A stretch of 46,758 nt of DNA. It comes from Octopus sinensis (Eukaryota). Below, in pieces: positions 12,181-22,844 of this stretch. The notes below the pieces were generated by a model. That model saw only the letters and a list, made by a program, of their open reading frames with translations. It did not search any database and was not told the origin of the DNA. A program made the translations under genes and the position numbers. The stretch is from NCBI RefSeq assembly GCF_006345805.1, contig NW_021834676.1, forward strand, positions 1 through 46,758, in the 5' to 3' direction. Position 1 is the first letter of the stretch, and each line of letters starts with the position of its first letter.

Positions 12181-12572
12181 AAACCAAAACAAGTATTTTC
12201 TTTTTCCATTCAGTCCACGGTTTCTTACTTGGCCGCAACTGTGGATCCACATCAAAAACCACAGATAACAAAACAACAAAAGGACGTGCACATGAAATGT
12301 ATTAACTTGATGCTCAGGAAAGATGGAAAAAAAACAGTGGAGTTCTAGTTGTTTTTTTACGTTTCGTGCATAGCTCTTCGTCAGAAGGAGAAGAAAGGAA
12401 AAGTCCAGGAAACACACGTGTGTGCATACATGGCTGAAGATATATATATATATGAGAGGTCCTCTCATGATAACTGATGCAGTATTACGTGTTCTAACAC
12501 GACATCCACTTTAAGTGGGAGGATTAATACTTCTGTCGCTTTTTACTGCTTCCGACCACCTTTATTGTTTTA

Positions 12573-12690
12573 CTAGCAGAGATACCCGGCGAAGCCCATG
12601 TTACATACAATTGAAGAATTAGACTTTTCTGTTATATTTTCTCTAATGAACTGGAATATCTGTTTCGAATTTCATCAAAATTGCAGATGA
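12573..12690 (-). mobile_element. Helitron-like 3' end remnant
   Basis: + strand A|CTAGCAGAGATACCCGGCGAAGCCC = minus-strand hairpin remnant + CTAG|T; nearby AATTTCATCAAAATTG resembles the Helitron at 30339-31514. Confidence 0.45.
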
Positions 12691-12704
12691 GGGTTATTTC
12701 CCTC

Positions 12705-13570
12705 TTTACACACCTTGTTACTTGCTAGGGAGTCAATAGCCTTGGTGAGCTCTGCTATAGATGGCAGACTGTCAAGTTCACACATGACTGGCAAGATCTT
12801 GACGCCCTCGATTGCAGCTTCAGCTACCGTGGTCTCCCGTGAGTAGAGATCCTGGTATTACTCCACCCATCTATCTATTTGCTCGCTTTGGTCCTTGATG
12901 AGATCCCCAGTAGTTGATTTCAGAGGGGCTGACTTGGTTGCGGATGGACCGAGGGCCTTCTTCAAACCGGCATACATTCCACGGGTATCGCCACTGTCAG
13001 CAGCTGACTGGATACTCTGACAGATTTCTTGCCAATACCTATTTGCACAGCGTCTGGCGGTCAGTTGGGTTTTGTTTCTTGCCTTTCCGAGTTCTTCCAG
13101 TGACTTTGTAGATGAATCACTCTTGTATTGCATCAGAACTGCACGCTTTGCTTCGATAACTGTTTCCAGCTCTGAGAGCCCAGCACTGAACCAATCTGGC
13201 TTTTGCCTTTCTCTCATGCCGAAAGTATCTATTGATGTGGTATACAAAGCTTCCTTGATATAATTCCACCTACTTTCAGCTGAGGAGGTTGGGCAGCTAC
13301 TGAGGGCAACCTTGATAGAAACAGCAAAACATTTTCGCAGTGTTGGGTCCGAGGTTCTGGCAGTGTTAATGCGTGGTCGGGCCATTTTCTTGGAGTAATG
13401 GACTTTGTTAGGCAGAATCCTCACCCTACTTCTTATTTGTGAATGATCTGTGTCACAATCCGCGCTGTGGTAACTAAGGGTCAGTTGAACAGAATTCAGA
13501 TGCACAGGTTATATGTGCAAAATTCAAGTAGTCTCTGACCTTTGTCATTCATGTTGCCAATACCAAAACA
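12705..13570 (-). mobile_element. RTE-clade LINE fragment (end of endonuclease and linker before RT)
   Basis: ORF 12858-13505: SADCDTDHSQI (AP-endonuclease end), RERQKPDWF, ARRCANRYW..IQSAADSGDTRGMY, QIDRWVE. Confidence 0.85.
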
Positions 13571-13599
13571 CATGCACTTACATATATACATACATATAT

Positions 13600-14008
13600 A
13601 TACGATTGATTTGTTTCAGTTCCTGTCTACAACTGAGATACAACTGAGTGGGCAAACAAAAATATGAGACACTGCGTAGTGCTTTTTTATATTTTGATAA
13701 GCCTGGAACTTATTCTATCAGTTTTTTCTTGTGACACCAGTAAGTTCTGGGGATGTAAATAAACGAAAACCAGTTGTGAAGCAGTGATGAGGGAGAAACA
13801 CAAAGACACACACATAGACTTACATATATACATACATATACATACAATTGATTTCTTTCAGTTTCTGTCTACAAAATCCACTGACAAGGCTTTGGTTGGT
13901 CTGAGGCTATAGCAGAAGACACATTCCAAGTTACTACACAGTGGGACTGAACTGAGGACCATGTGTTTTGGAACCAAGTTTGTTACCACACAGCCACACC
14001 TGCACCTA
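13600..14008 (-). mobile_element. Diverged copy of the bipartite tRNA-SINE
   Basis: Reverse-complement similarity to 4841-5262 (ACCACACAGCCACACCTGCACCT head; GGGGATGTAAATAAAC body). Confidence 0.75.
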
Positions 14009-14173
14009 TGTATGTGTGTTTATGTGTGTGTGGGTGGGTGTGTATGTGTGTGTGTATGGGTGTATATATGTATGCATGTATATATGTGTATATATATGTG
14101 TACATATTACATGTACATCTATATATATACATCTAGACATACATGTATACACATACAGGACGCAAAGGATCTT

Positions 14174-14260
14174 GCAGTACATATGTTTCGGGCTTTATTG
14201 AACAACTTATATCAATGCATAATTGATATAACAGGTAGATCAAAAGCCTTCTTCAGCCGC
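14174..14260 (-). ncRNA. Type I hammerhead ribozyme motif (minus-strand copy)
   Basis: GCGG-CUGAAGA (14256-14250)-long stem II-GAAAC (14189-14185)-AUAU-GUA (14180-14178)-CUGC; identical to the + copy at 14696-14782. Confidence 0.7.
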
Positions 14261-14695
14261 GTACAATTACCACACCAAAGACATGTATCACATTATAGCA
14301 GGTTTGAGAAAAAGTTTGAGAAAAAAAACCGAGTTTCTTTGGGAAAGTAAATCCTCATAGGCGTACATGGTATTGCGAGACTCCAAAACAAATCGTCCAT
14401 ACCGTTTTTTCACTCGATAAAGAATGAATACTGGGTAGATTACTTCATATAAGGGAAGGAATTGGATGCTGAGAGAAAGAGGAAAGGAGGGGACGGGGGT
14501 GAAACTTTAATGAAGTAATCTACCCAGTATTCATTCTTTATCGAGTGAAAAAGCGGTATGGACGATTTGTTTTGGAGCCTCGCAATATCATGTACGCCTA
14601 TGATGATTTACTTTCCCAATGAAACTCGGTTTTTTCTCAAATTTTTTCTCAAACCTGTTATAATGTGATGCATGTCTTTGGTGTAGTAGTTGTAC

Positions 14696-14782
14696 GCGGC
14701 TGAAGAAGGCTTTTGATCTACCTGTTATATCAATTATGCATTGATATAAGTTGTTCAATAAAGCCCGAAACATATGTACTGC
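14696..14782 (+). ncRNA. Type I hammerhead ribozyme motif
   Basis: Stem I GCGG/CUGC; core CUGAAGA 14700-14706; stem II GGCUUU/AAAGCC plus perfect 10-bp UUAUAUCAAU/AUUGAUAUAA hairpin; GAAAC 14767-14771; palindromic stem III ACAUAUGU; GUA cleavage triplet 14776-14778. Confidence 0.7.
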
Positions 14783-14982
14783 AAGATCCTTTGCGTCCTG
14801 TTTTTCTTTTGATACCTATATCCTATCACCTATACCACTAGCTGGCATATACAGGTGCTTACATTTATCAAGTATTCACCTGAATTTATTGTACCGTGTA
14901 TACACATATATGTATATCTATAGAAATACATCTATACATATACAGCTATCCATATACATGTATACATATACAGCTATATAAA

Positions 14983-15087
<105 letters not shown>

Positions 15088-15342
15088 CATATACATACAA
15101 TAGAGAGATGTTTTTGTTTCACTTTTAACACGTAATAGTGAAATAGTGGAGAAGATATGATATTGCTGTGGGGTCGCCCTAGGCAAGAAGTTAAATATTT
15201 TTTGCCCATGACACTCCATGGACTCTACGTAAGGCATGTGTAAAATTTGAATGAAATTGGTTGTGTAGTTCTCAAGTTTTAGGGATTCACACAGACAGAC
15301 AGACAGACCCATTCTCAGTTTTATATATATAGATATATATAT

Positions 15343-15508
15343 ACGACAGGATTCTTTCAGTTTCCATCTACCAAATCAACTCACAAGGCTATGATCAGCC
15401 TGAGGCTACAGTAGAAGACTCTTGTCCAAAGTTCCACGCATTGGGACTGAACCCAGAACCATGTGGTTGGGACGCAAGCTTCTTACCACACAGCCACTCC
15501 TGCGCCTA
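15343..15508 (-). mobile_element. tRNA-SINE head (5' half of the bipartite SINE)
   Basis: Reverse complement of 4841-5005. Confidence 0.8.
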
Positions 15509-15649
15509 TTGCTAACCATGAATGCTTTTATAGACTCAAAATTTACATTTTACTAGTTTGCATGATCACGACTCTCTGATGATGAACGGGGACGTGAAAC
15601 TGAGTAACAGCTTCTGAAGCTCTTTTTCGGCTTCGATAAAATAGTGTGT

Positions 15650-15700
<51 letters not shown>

Positions 15701-15719
15701 TGTGTGTGTGTGTGTGTGT

Positions 15720-15962
15720 GTTTAGGGTATTCGGCTCAAGATCGTATGGTCATGAGTTCGATACCCGGCGACACGCGTGTGTCCTTAAACAAACCACTTT
15801 ACTCCATGCTGCTCCAGTTTCCACAACTGGCAATAATGAGCAGTACGTGTAATTCAAATTACATTAAAGTTATGCGAGTCTGTGGAGTACTCAGCCACAT
15901 GCACATTAATTTCACGAGCAGGCTGCCCCTTTGATCGGTTCAACTCGAACCTTTGTCGCCAT
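15720..15962 (+). mobile_element. tRNA-derived SINE, diverged and 5'-eroded
   Basis: B-box GAGTTCGATACC; body homologous to the reverse complement of 46385-46675. Confidence 0.65.
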
Positions 15963-16291
15963 AATTCACAGAATGACTCATTTGCGCTCTACACACAACT
16001 GCCTATATGTATAAATAAACACATTTTTTTTAATTGCTTCCATCGACAATCTTTTTTTTTTACAACTTGGCTTCTATATTTTCCTCACGAAGCATGAAAA
16101 GCCAAACTGCAAGAATTCAGGGTCAAAAGATATCCTCCTCTTATACAAACATCTAAAGACACAGTGGACAATGCCTCGAACACATGATTAAACTGACACC
16201 AGTTTTTGACTGGTATTTTCTTGATCGGATCTGGAGGAATAAAGTGAAAGTCTCCCCCAGAAAGACTTGAATTCTGAGAGAAGGAATATAA

Positions 16292-16506
16292 GAGATACCA
16301 CGACAATATATCCAAGCTTGTCCATTGGACACTTTGCAACAAGTATGAACTTGACAGAGCAAAAAAATTGGTACAACCACAAACCTGAAGGCATTGTAAA
16401 AATAGAAATGCAAAGATCCTATGGAATTTTAAGATTCAGTGCGACCATGAGATAGAGAATATGAAGCCGGACATAGTGTTAATTGAGAAAGAAAACAAAC
16501 GATGCT
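16292..16506 (+). mobile_element. R4/Dong-like endonuclease fragment
   Basis: WYNHKPEGIV, QCDHEIENMKPDIVLIEKENKRC; same family as the minus-strand copy at 18890-19100. Confidence 0.75.
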
Positions 16507-17070
16507 CTACCTCTACCAATTCCCCACCAATCGTCATCATATTCTTCCAGTGCTATCATTCCTTGCCCTGCCATTCCACCAATTCTATCAACCACTTCAA
16601 GAATGAACGAAGCAATTTGACGAAGAGCAATTACAATTTATTGTTGTTCAGCTCAGTTTAGCATTGATCAAGTCGACTTAGGGTCAAAGGTATTCCAACC
16701 GTGACAATCATTACCAACTGATTTTCACATATAGCGTGTCTAAGACTACATTATTTCGTGTGTCCATTACTATTTTTAAGTCTGCTGGGTGTGATAGGAG
16801 GGATATTTCACTACAATATCTAGCAGTTGGAGCGACCACCTAGAGGCTTTCTATTTGCCCCGTTATCGTGAGTTCGTTCCCTAGTCTAATACTTACTGAA
16901 GATTAGTTTTATATGTTTGATGCAATAATCACCAGTATGAATGGTACTTACTTTATCAACACTGAACTGATGATAGAATGTATTCCCTGTTAGATTTGAA
17001 CCCTGGTTCTGGGTTGATGAGATCAAACAAAACTTTGCAGCTACCTCAGCGCCACCTTCAGTAACATAAC

Positions 17071-17302
17071 TATTTCTTTATTACCCACAAGGGGCTAAAC
17101 ATAGAAGGGACAAACAAGGACAGACATAGGTATTAAGTCGATTACATCGACCCCAGTGCGTAACTGGTATTTAATTTATCGACCCCGAAAGGATGAAAGG
17201 CAAAGTCGACCTCGGCGGAATTTGAACTCACAACGTAACGCAGACGAAATACCGCTAAGTATTTCGCCCGGCGTGCTAATGTTTCTGCCAGCTCGCCGCC
17301 TT
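17071..17302 (-). mobile_element. Full-length tRNA-derived SINE with 18-bp TSD
   Basis: Starts AAGGCGGCGAGCTGGCAGAAAC; B-box GAGTTCAAATTCC; TSD CACCTTCAGTAACATAAC at 17053-17070 and 17303-17320. Confidence 0.92.
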
Positions 17303-18039
17303 CACCTTCAGTAACATAACGTTTTATCAAACAGTTTATCAAAGTCTAACCTTGATTTCTCGTTATTGTAGATAAAATAGCATGAGAAATAGCGAGAGAA
17401 GAGGCGTGTCCCTGTTGAGGGGAGGGGGACAAAACTCTTCTCGGTATAACAAGATATGAACTCAATTAATTTGTGACTGATGAATTTCATGACATTGCTA
17501 ATTGAGCGATTAACGAAGGTCAGAGATGTTGGTGTCAAAATCCGGCAGCGATCTTAATGAAGCGGAAAATAAAATGAAGTCGATAAGTTTTCCTTTAAAA
17601 CAAATTCTGTTGGTTATCAACATTTGAATATTTCATGGACCAATAGGTCTTTCTTTTATTTTTTTATTTTATTTTGACTTCTTAAAATACTCTCCATCTT
17701 TCAATAAAGTCATCAAGCAAAATTTTGATCTTATTTTAGTTTCAGTGAAGTTCGATGCCTTTCCAATATTCATCCCTCCCCCACACCACCCACTGGCTGA
17801 TACTCATCAATACGATGGCACTTTGAAAAATATTTCATTTTTTAACAATTCCCTCTGCCAACAAATATACAATTCTATATATTTACTTCATGATCCAATG
17901 ACAAATATTTTTTCCAAATCACAAAATCATAATAATCGATAATGCTCCATAATGTTCAATGTGACTGTGAAACTTAATCGAATTCATGTTTTGTTGTTTT
18001 CTTTGATTTTGCTTTTTTTTCTCACTCTTTGCAAATATT

Positions 18040-18475
18040 CATTATTATCATTGATTTGACTCCGGCTCGTTTTTATTCGGGGTAGAACTTATGTGGATAG
18101 CGGGTTATTACCTGAAACCTTCGGTATCCACAATAGTCTTTCAATAGTCTTTCAAGTGCTTAGAACCCTGCTCATAATCTCTCCTGTCCCTAAGAAGCAA
18201 ATTTTCTGTCGAAGCTCTACAGGACATTCGATTCCAATGTGGCTCAACAATTTCTCTATATCTTTGTTTGCAGTGCCTAATGTACCAATTATTAGAGGCA
18301 CAACCTTTACAATTTCGTCTTCTTTCTTTACGATCCTGGAATCAAACAAACGTAATAAGCAACTTCGCTTTTCTTTGTCTATTCTTCTTGTCTGGTCCAT
18401 TATTTTCTAGCTTCTCGTTCGTTAAAAACGTCGCACAGAATCTTACATTTCTCCCACTCCAGCATTCTTTCAACC
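18040..18475 (-). mobile_element. 3' end of an R4/Dong-like element (second family)
   Basis: ORF 18152-18400 ends VVPLIIGTLGT...LRQKICFLGTGEIMSRVLST*, typical of the RLE-element C-terminus; structured 3' UTR and TAA-rich tail. Confidence 0.7.
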
Positions 18476-18479
18476 CAAT

Positions 18480-18520
<41 letters not shown>

Positions 18521-18533
18521 TTATATTATTATT

Positions 18534-19372
18534 GCCTTCGCACAGCTTCTAGCGCTGGAGAAGTACTACAGTGTCAGCTGTTCACTACCAGTGAACTAAG
18601 GTAACACTTCTTACTTTTCGAGCACCTTCCGGAGTATTCAAGCGGTTCCAAGCAGTGCTGTTTTCTGCAAGTGCTCCACCCTTATTGCAGCCCCTATTTG
18701 TTCCACGTACTTCTCGAGATTTTTGCTCGCTGTTCCCAGAGCTCCCACAATTATTTGTACTTCTGCTTCCTTTTTAATCGACCGCAACTGCTTAACTTCC
18801 TAAGCTAACCTGTCATATCTCTCGACTTTTCTTTCTTCCTTATCGTACACCATGTTGTCAGCTGGGCATGCTATATCTATGAACTAGCATCGTTTGTTTT
18901 CTTTCACAATTAAGACTATACCTGGCTTCCTGTTCTCAATATCATGGTCGCACTGAATCATAAAATCCCATAGGCTCTTTGCCTTTCTATTTTCGACGAT
19001 GCTTTCAGGTTTGTGGTCGTACCAAGATGTTGCTCTGTCAAGTCCATACTTGTTACAAAGTGTCCAAAGGACAAGCCTGGCTATATTGTCATGATGTCTC
19101 TTATTTTCCTTCTGGGCTAGTGGCGTACATTGGCTGGTAATATACCATACGGTTTCACCGTTTTGTTCACAGATTCTGCACTTATCACTTTCTGATGTGT
19201 TGTCTATTCTGTATTTTATGTAGTTTGTTCTTAGTGCTTGATCTCCGTTTCCGCTTTGAAATCAATTTTAGTCATCCACAGACATTTTTTTCTCTGTCTG
19301 TCTTATCTTCAACATCCCTATGAAATTGACCATGCATTCTTTTCTTTACTCACAAATTGGCTGTTGAAACGA
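18534..19372 (-). mobile_element. 5'-truncated R4/Dong-like non-LTR element inserted in (TAA/TAG/CAA)n repeats
   Basis: Minus-strand remnants: DKCRICEQNGETVWYITSQC (CCHC-type knuckle), WYDHKPES, LWDFMIQCDH, IDIACPAD, IIVGALG, LQKTALLGT; flanked by (CTA/TTA)n at 18481-18533 and (TTA/TTG)n at 19373-19415. Confidence 0.85.
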
Positions 19373-19417
19373 TTATTATTATTGTTGTTGTTGTTGCTGT
19401 TGTTGTTGTTGTTGTTT

Positions 19418-19720
19418 AAGGCGGCGAGCTAGCAAAATAGTCAGCACGCCGGGCGAAATGCTTAGCAGCATTTCGTCCGTCTTGAAATTCCGCTGAGGTC
19501 GACTTTATCTTTCATCCTTTCGGGGTCGATAAAATAAGTACCAGTTGCGTACTGGGGTATGGATAATCGACTTACCCGTTCCCCTGCGCTTATTGTTCCG
19601 AGATCGATTTTGCCTTTTATCCTTTCGGGCTCAGTGAAATAAGTACCAGTTACGTACTGAGTTCGATATAAGCGACTAGCCTCCCCAACAAAATTTCAGG
19701 CCTTCTACCTATGGTAGAAA
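19418..19720 (+). mobile_element. Diverged SINE of the 17071 family with partial internal duplication
   Basis: AAGGCGGCGAGCTAGC head; GACTTTATCTTTCATCCTTTCGGGGTCGATAAAATAAGTACCAG, repeated in degenerate form at ~19605-19650. Confidence 0.75.
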
Positions 19721-20348
19721 AGATTATTATCATCATCATCCCCATCATCATTATCCTCATCATCATCATCATCATCATCATCACCATCATCGTCATCGTC
19801 ATCGTCATCGTCGTCGTCGTCGCCATCGTCATATAATTTTCACAGCTATCATTCGTACATTAATTAATATTGTTTATCTTTCACCGCATATTTAATTCTG
19901 CTTCAGGCTTTTTTTCTTCGTAATGTTGCATAATTTAGGCCTAGATCAAATTAACTACCGGAATAATATACCACGTGATCCATAAATCTTCCGGTCGTCC
20001 GTGCATAAAATAAGTTCCACGTTTCTTTTTGTGAAACTCTCAACACATGTTAATCATTCGTCTCCTGTTTATTTTTCTTTTCGTTTGATATTCGACGGGT
20101 GACTGCTTCATTCCTGAATATCTTTAATATTTGTATATCTAACGCATTGAAGAAGAAAGTGGCTGGCATTATAGTAAATACAGCGGAGTATGCTAAAAAT
20201 AAAAACTCGAAGATTCTTTCATAAAATGATAATACACGTGGATGTAGGGCTGGCTTAAGGTACCGGCAACTCGAGCAGTCACCTGGTTTGCCATGTGCTA
20301 ATGGGCTCCAATGAGGGTGTGGCAAAGACGAGGAAAAGTTCCACTACC

Positions 20349-20581
20349 TATTTCTTTACAACCAACAAGGGGCTAAACACGGAGAGGACAAACAAGGACA
20401 GACAAACGGATTAAGTCAATTATATCGACCCCAGTGCGTAACTGGTACTTATTTAATCGACCCCGAAAGGATGAAAGGCAAAGTCGACCTCGGCGGAATT
20501 TGAACTCAGAACGTAACGGCAGACGAAATACCGCTAAGCATATCGCCCGGCGTGCTAACGATTATGCCAGCTCGCCGCCTT
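20349..20581 (-). mobile_element. Full-length tRNA-derived SINE with 15-bp TSD
   Basis: Same family as 17071-17302; TSD AAAAGTTCCACTACC at 20334-20348 and 20582-20596. Confidence 0.92.
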
Positions 20582-20656
20582 AAAAGTTCCACTACCGTCA
20601 GCTTATGCACGGCGAAGTTCAGCTTGCCCAGGGTGCCAGCAACCCCAGAGCCGAGC

Positions 20657-20659
<3 letters not shown>

Positions 20660-20701
<42 letters not shown>

Positions 20702-20866
20702 TGTTCGCGTGTGTGTGCGCGCGTCTGTGTGTATGCATGTGTATGTGCACGCGTGTGTGCGCGTGTGTGTGCGTGTGTGTGTGCGCGCGAGAGAGAGAGA
20801 GTTTGTTTGTGTGCGCATGTATGTGCGTGCGTGTGTATGTGTGCGCGCGCGTGTGTGTATGTGTGA
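20660..20866. repeat. (TG)n/(CG)/(GA) compound microsatellite
   Basis: Direct inspection. Confidence 0.9.
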
Positions 20867-22844
20867 GCGGGGGGGGGACAGAATGTATAAGGTATTCGTG
20901 CCAAGATGAAATAATCCTATTCAAAGGTGAAATGTCACATCAACATTCCACTTTGTCTTCCACTTTGTCGAATTGGTTGGAAGTCGAAGTGACGACTAAA
21001 AGAAATAATTCTTTTTTAAAAAAAGCCCAATAAAAAGGGAAAAACAGCATTGTGAAGGTTGTGATTCTTGAAAAAGATCCGTTCCTGAGAATATCCTTTT
21101 TTCCCTTACAAAGATTTATCACTGACATTTAGGAGGTGGGCTTCGTATTTGAAATACTGGTTTTGAGCAAGGTTGGAAATGGCTGAAACACTTAAATGAT
21201 GTGAAATCAATTTTGTCGCAATTTTCTAGAAAAATCCGATTCTAAATCATCGACTTAAGTTATATGTTTTGCACAGTTTAATTTTCAATCAAATAAGAAT
21301 GCATCTCGACACCAACTAGAAATAGCAGCTGAATTTCACTCGAATAATAATATACAAGCATCTTAAAAAGGAAAGACACATTGGGAAAATGTCAAAAAAT
21401 AGTTAAAACTATTGAAAAGGTTGCAAGACGCAACGAAAATTTTAGGACAAAAATAAGAAAAAAAAGTGGAAATTTTACCGGTGAGTGTGTTAAAAGGCCC
21501 AAAAAGAAAATGACTCTCCCCAGACACATTGGGAATACTATGATTATATGATTGTTCGATCATTATTGATATGGGCCTCAACAGCCAATAACCTCAACAA
21601 CAACATCATCAACAAGAATGAAGACTTCTGAAGACATCGCACAGCCCAATGTATTGGAGACACTTTTGTCGTCCATCAAATTATATAGAATAAAAATTAT
21701 TTTGCAATTAACACACGCGGTCTTGACCACCGAAGACTTCGTTGTTGTTATTGTTTTGAACCATATCAGCCCTGACCCGTAGATGTCAGTATATTTCTAG
21801 TGCAATAAGACCATCAACACTATCACTTTTGATACCGAGACACAGAAAACAATGTCATCCGCAAACTATTGCAAGACTGTTCGAAATGTTTTATAGTATC
21901 TAAGTTCGCTATCTCTCTATTCTGGGTTCAAATGCCCGAATGATCGATCAAATACATACTTTAAAACAGTGTGTGCTGGTACATGCAGCGACATTCACTC
22001 GGCGGTGGATGTAGTGGGGTTGAAAGGGCTTCGACCAGCGAGTCATGTCGGGACTTTTAGTGAGAATACAAGTTCACATGTGGTCCCCGGTTACACTCTG
22101 GGGTAGTGCGTTCCTCTTGCCATCGATAGTCCATCGTCGTAGGGAATTCGCTGACCAGGCTATCGCTGATTATCGGATCAGACGTAGCTTGGGTTTAAAG
22201 CGAGTTCTAGAGACATGCTTTAAGAAAAGCTTAGGGGCTGCTAGACCGCTCCCAGTGGTCTTCCAGCACCCCGGACACAAACCGGAATTTCTGAGGGTCC
22301 GTTCTATTGCTAGATATTCGCTGCCCCTACACTGGGTTCATCTGTCCTTTCGACAGGGCGACATATAAATCGTTGTCCCTGGGTAATGCATCTAAGATTT
22401 GTTAGACTAGAAAAATCGATCTCTGTTGAGTCAAACCTGGAGAAAGAGAAATTAAACTCACTGCCATAGATAATCTGGCCGAGTGGTACCTGTTTTACGG
22501 CTAGATCGACTGGACGTCTCAGATTTGAGTAACTTAACCATGAACCCAGCATGAAGCCTGTGACAGACTGTAGATAACATGTGCATTGGAAAATGGTTGT
22601 TTCACTACTCGTATACTTGCAAAACCACATGGAGACAACGTGAAAAGCAGGAAATGGTCTGGTTTCTCCACTACAGTTCTGATGTTTACAAATCTGGCCT
22701 TTTGCCGAAACAACAGACATCCCTCTTCGCAACAGAATTCCTTTCTGCTTAAAGAATCGCTAAATATAGCAACCAATGCAGCGCCGCTTCTCAATCTGCA
22801 ACATGGGTGCGCTCGGTGTTTCCCGCCAGCAGGGATGGTCATGT

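Larger units (their letters stand above)
14156..14896. mobile_element. Penelope-like inverted (foldback) insertion with ~293-bp arms, 3' extension and 12-bp flanking direct repeat
   Basis: Arms 14156-14448 and 14510-14800 are reverse complements (about 10 substitutions and one small indel); 61-bp purine-rich spacer; 96-bp unique tail; TGTATACACATA at 14144-14155 and 14897-14908; hammerhead motif in each arm. Confidence 0.75.

Noticed and set aside
12229-12293. MCTSFCCFVICGF*CGSTVAA as a selenocysteine-containing signal peptide
   Set aside because: Splicing from this frame does not join the long ORF, and no SECIS could be supported
12123-12468. N-terminal 115 aa of the 828-aa ORF as genuine coding sequence
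   Set aside because: It starts in a (TA)n tract, and its F/L/S-rich content reflects a polypyrimidine tract with branch point and AG; probably intronic read-through (kept only as an alternative model in findings)
14156-14800. Tc1/mariner MITE interpretation of the foldback
   Set aside because: Right end is not followed by TA; a 12-bp direct repeat encloses an extra 96-bp tail, and the arms contain hammerheads, which fits a Penelope-like insertion better (the AT-rich direct repeat could still be chance)
18090-18135. HDV-like ribozyme in the R4/Dong 3' UTR hairpin (TGTGGATA...TATCCACA)
   Set aside because: Only a simple stem is evident; the nested double pseudoknot could not be built, and such ribozymes are expected at element 5' ends
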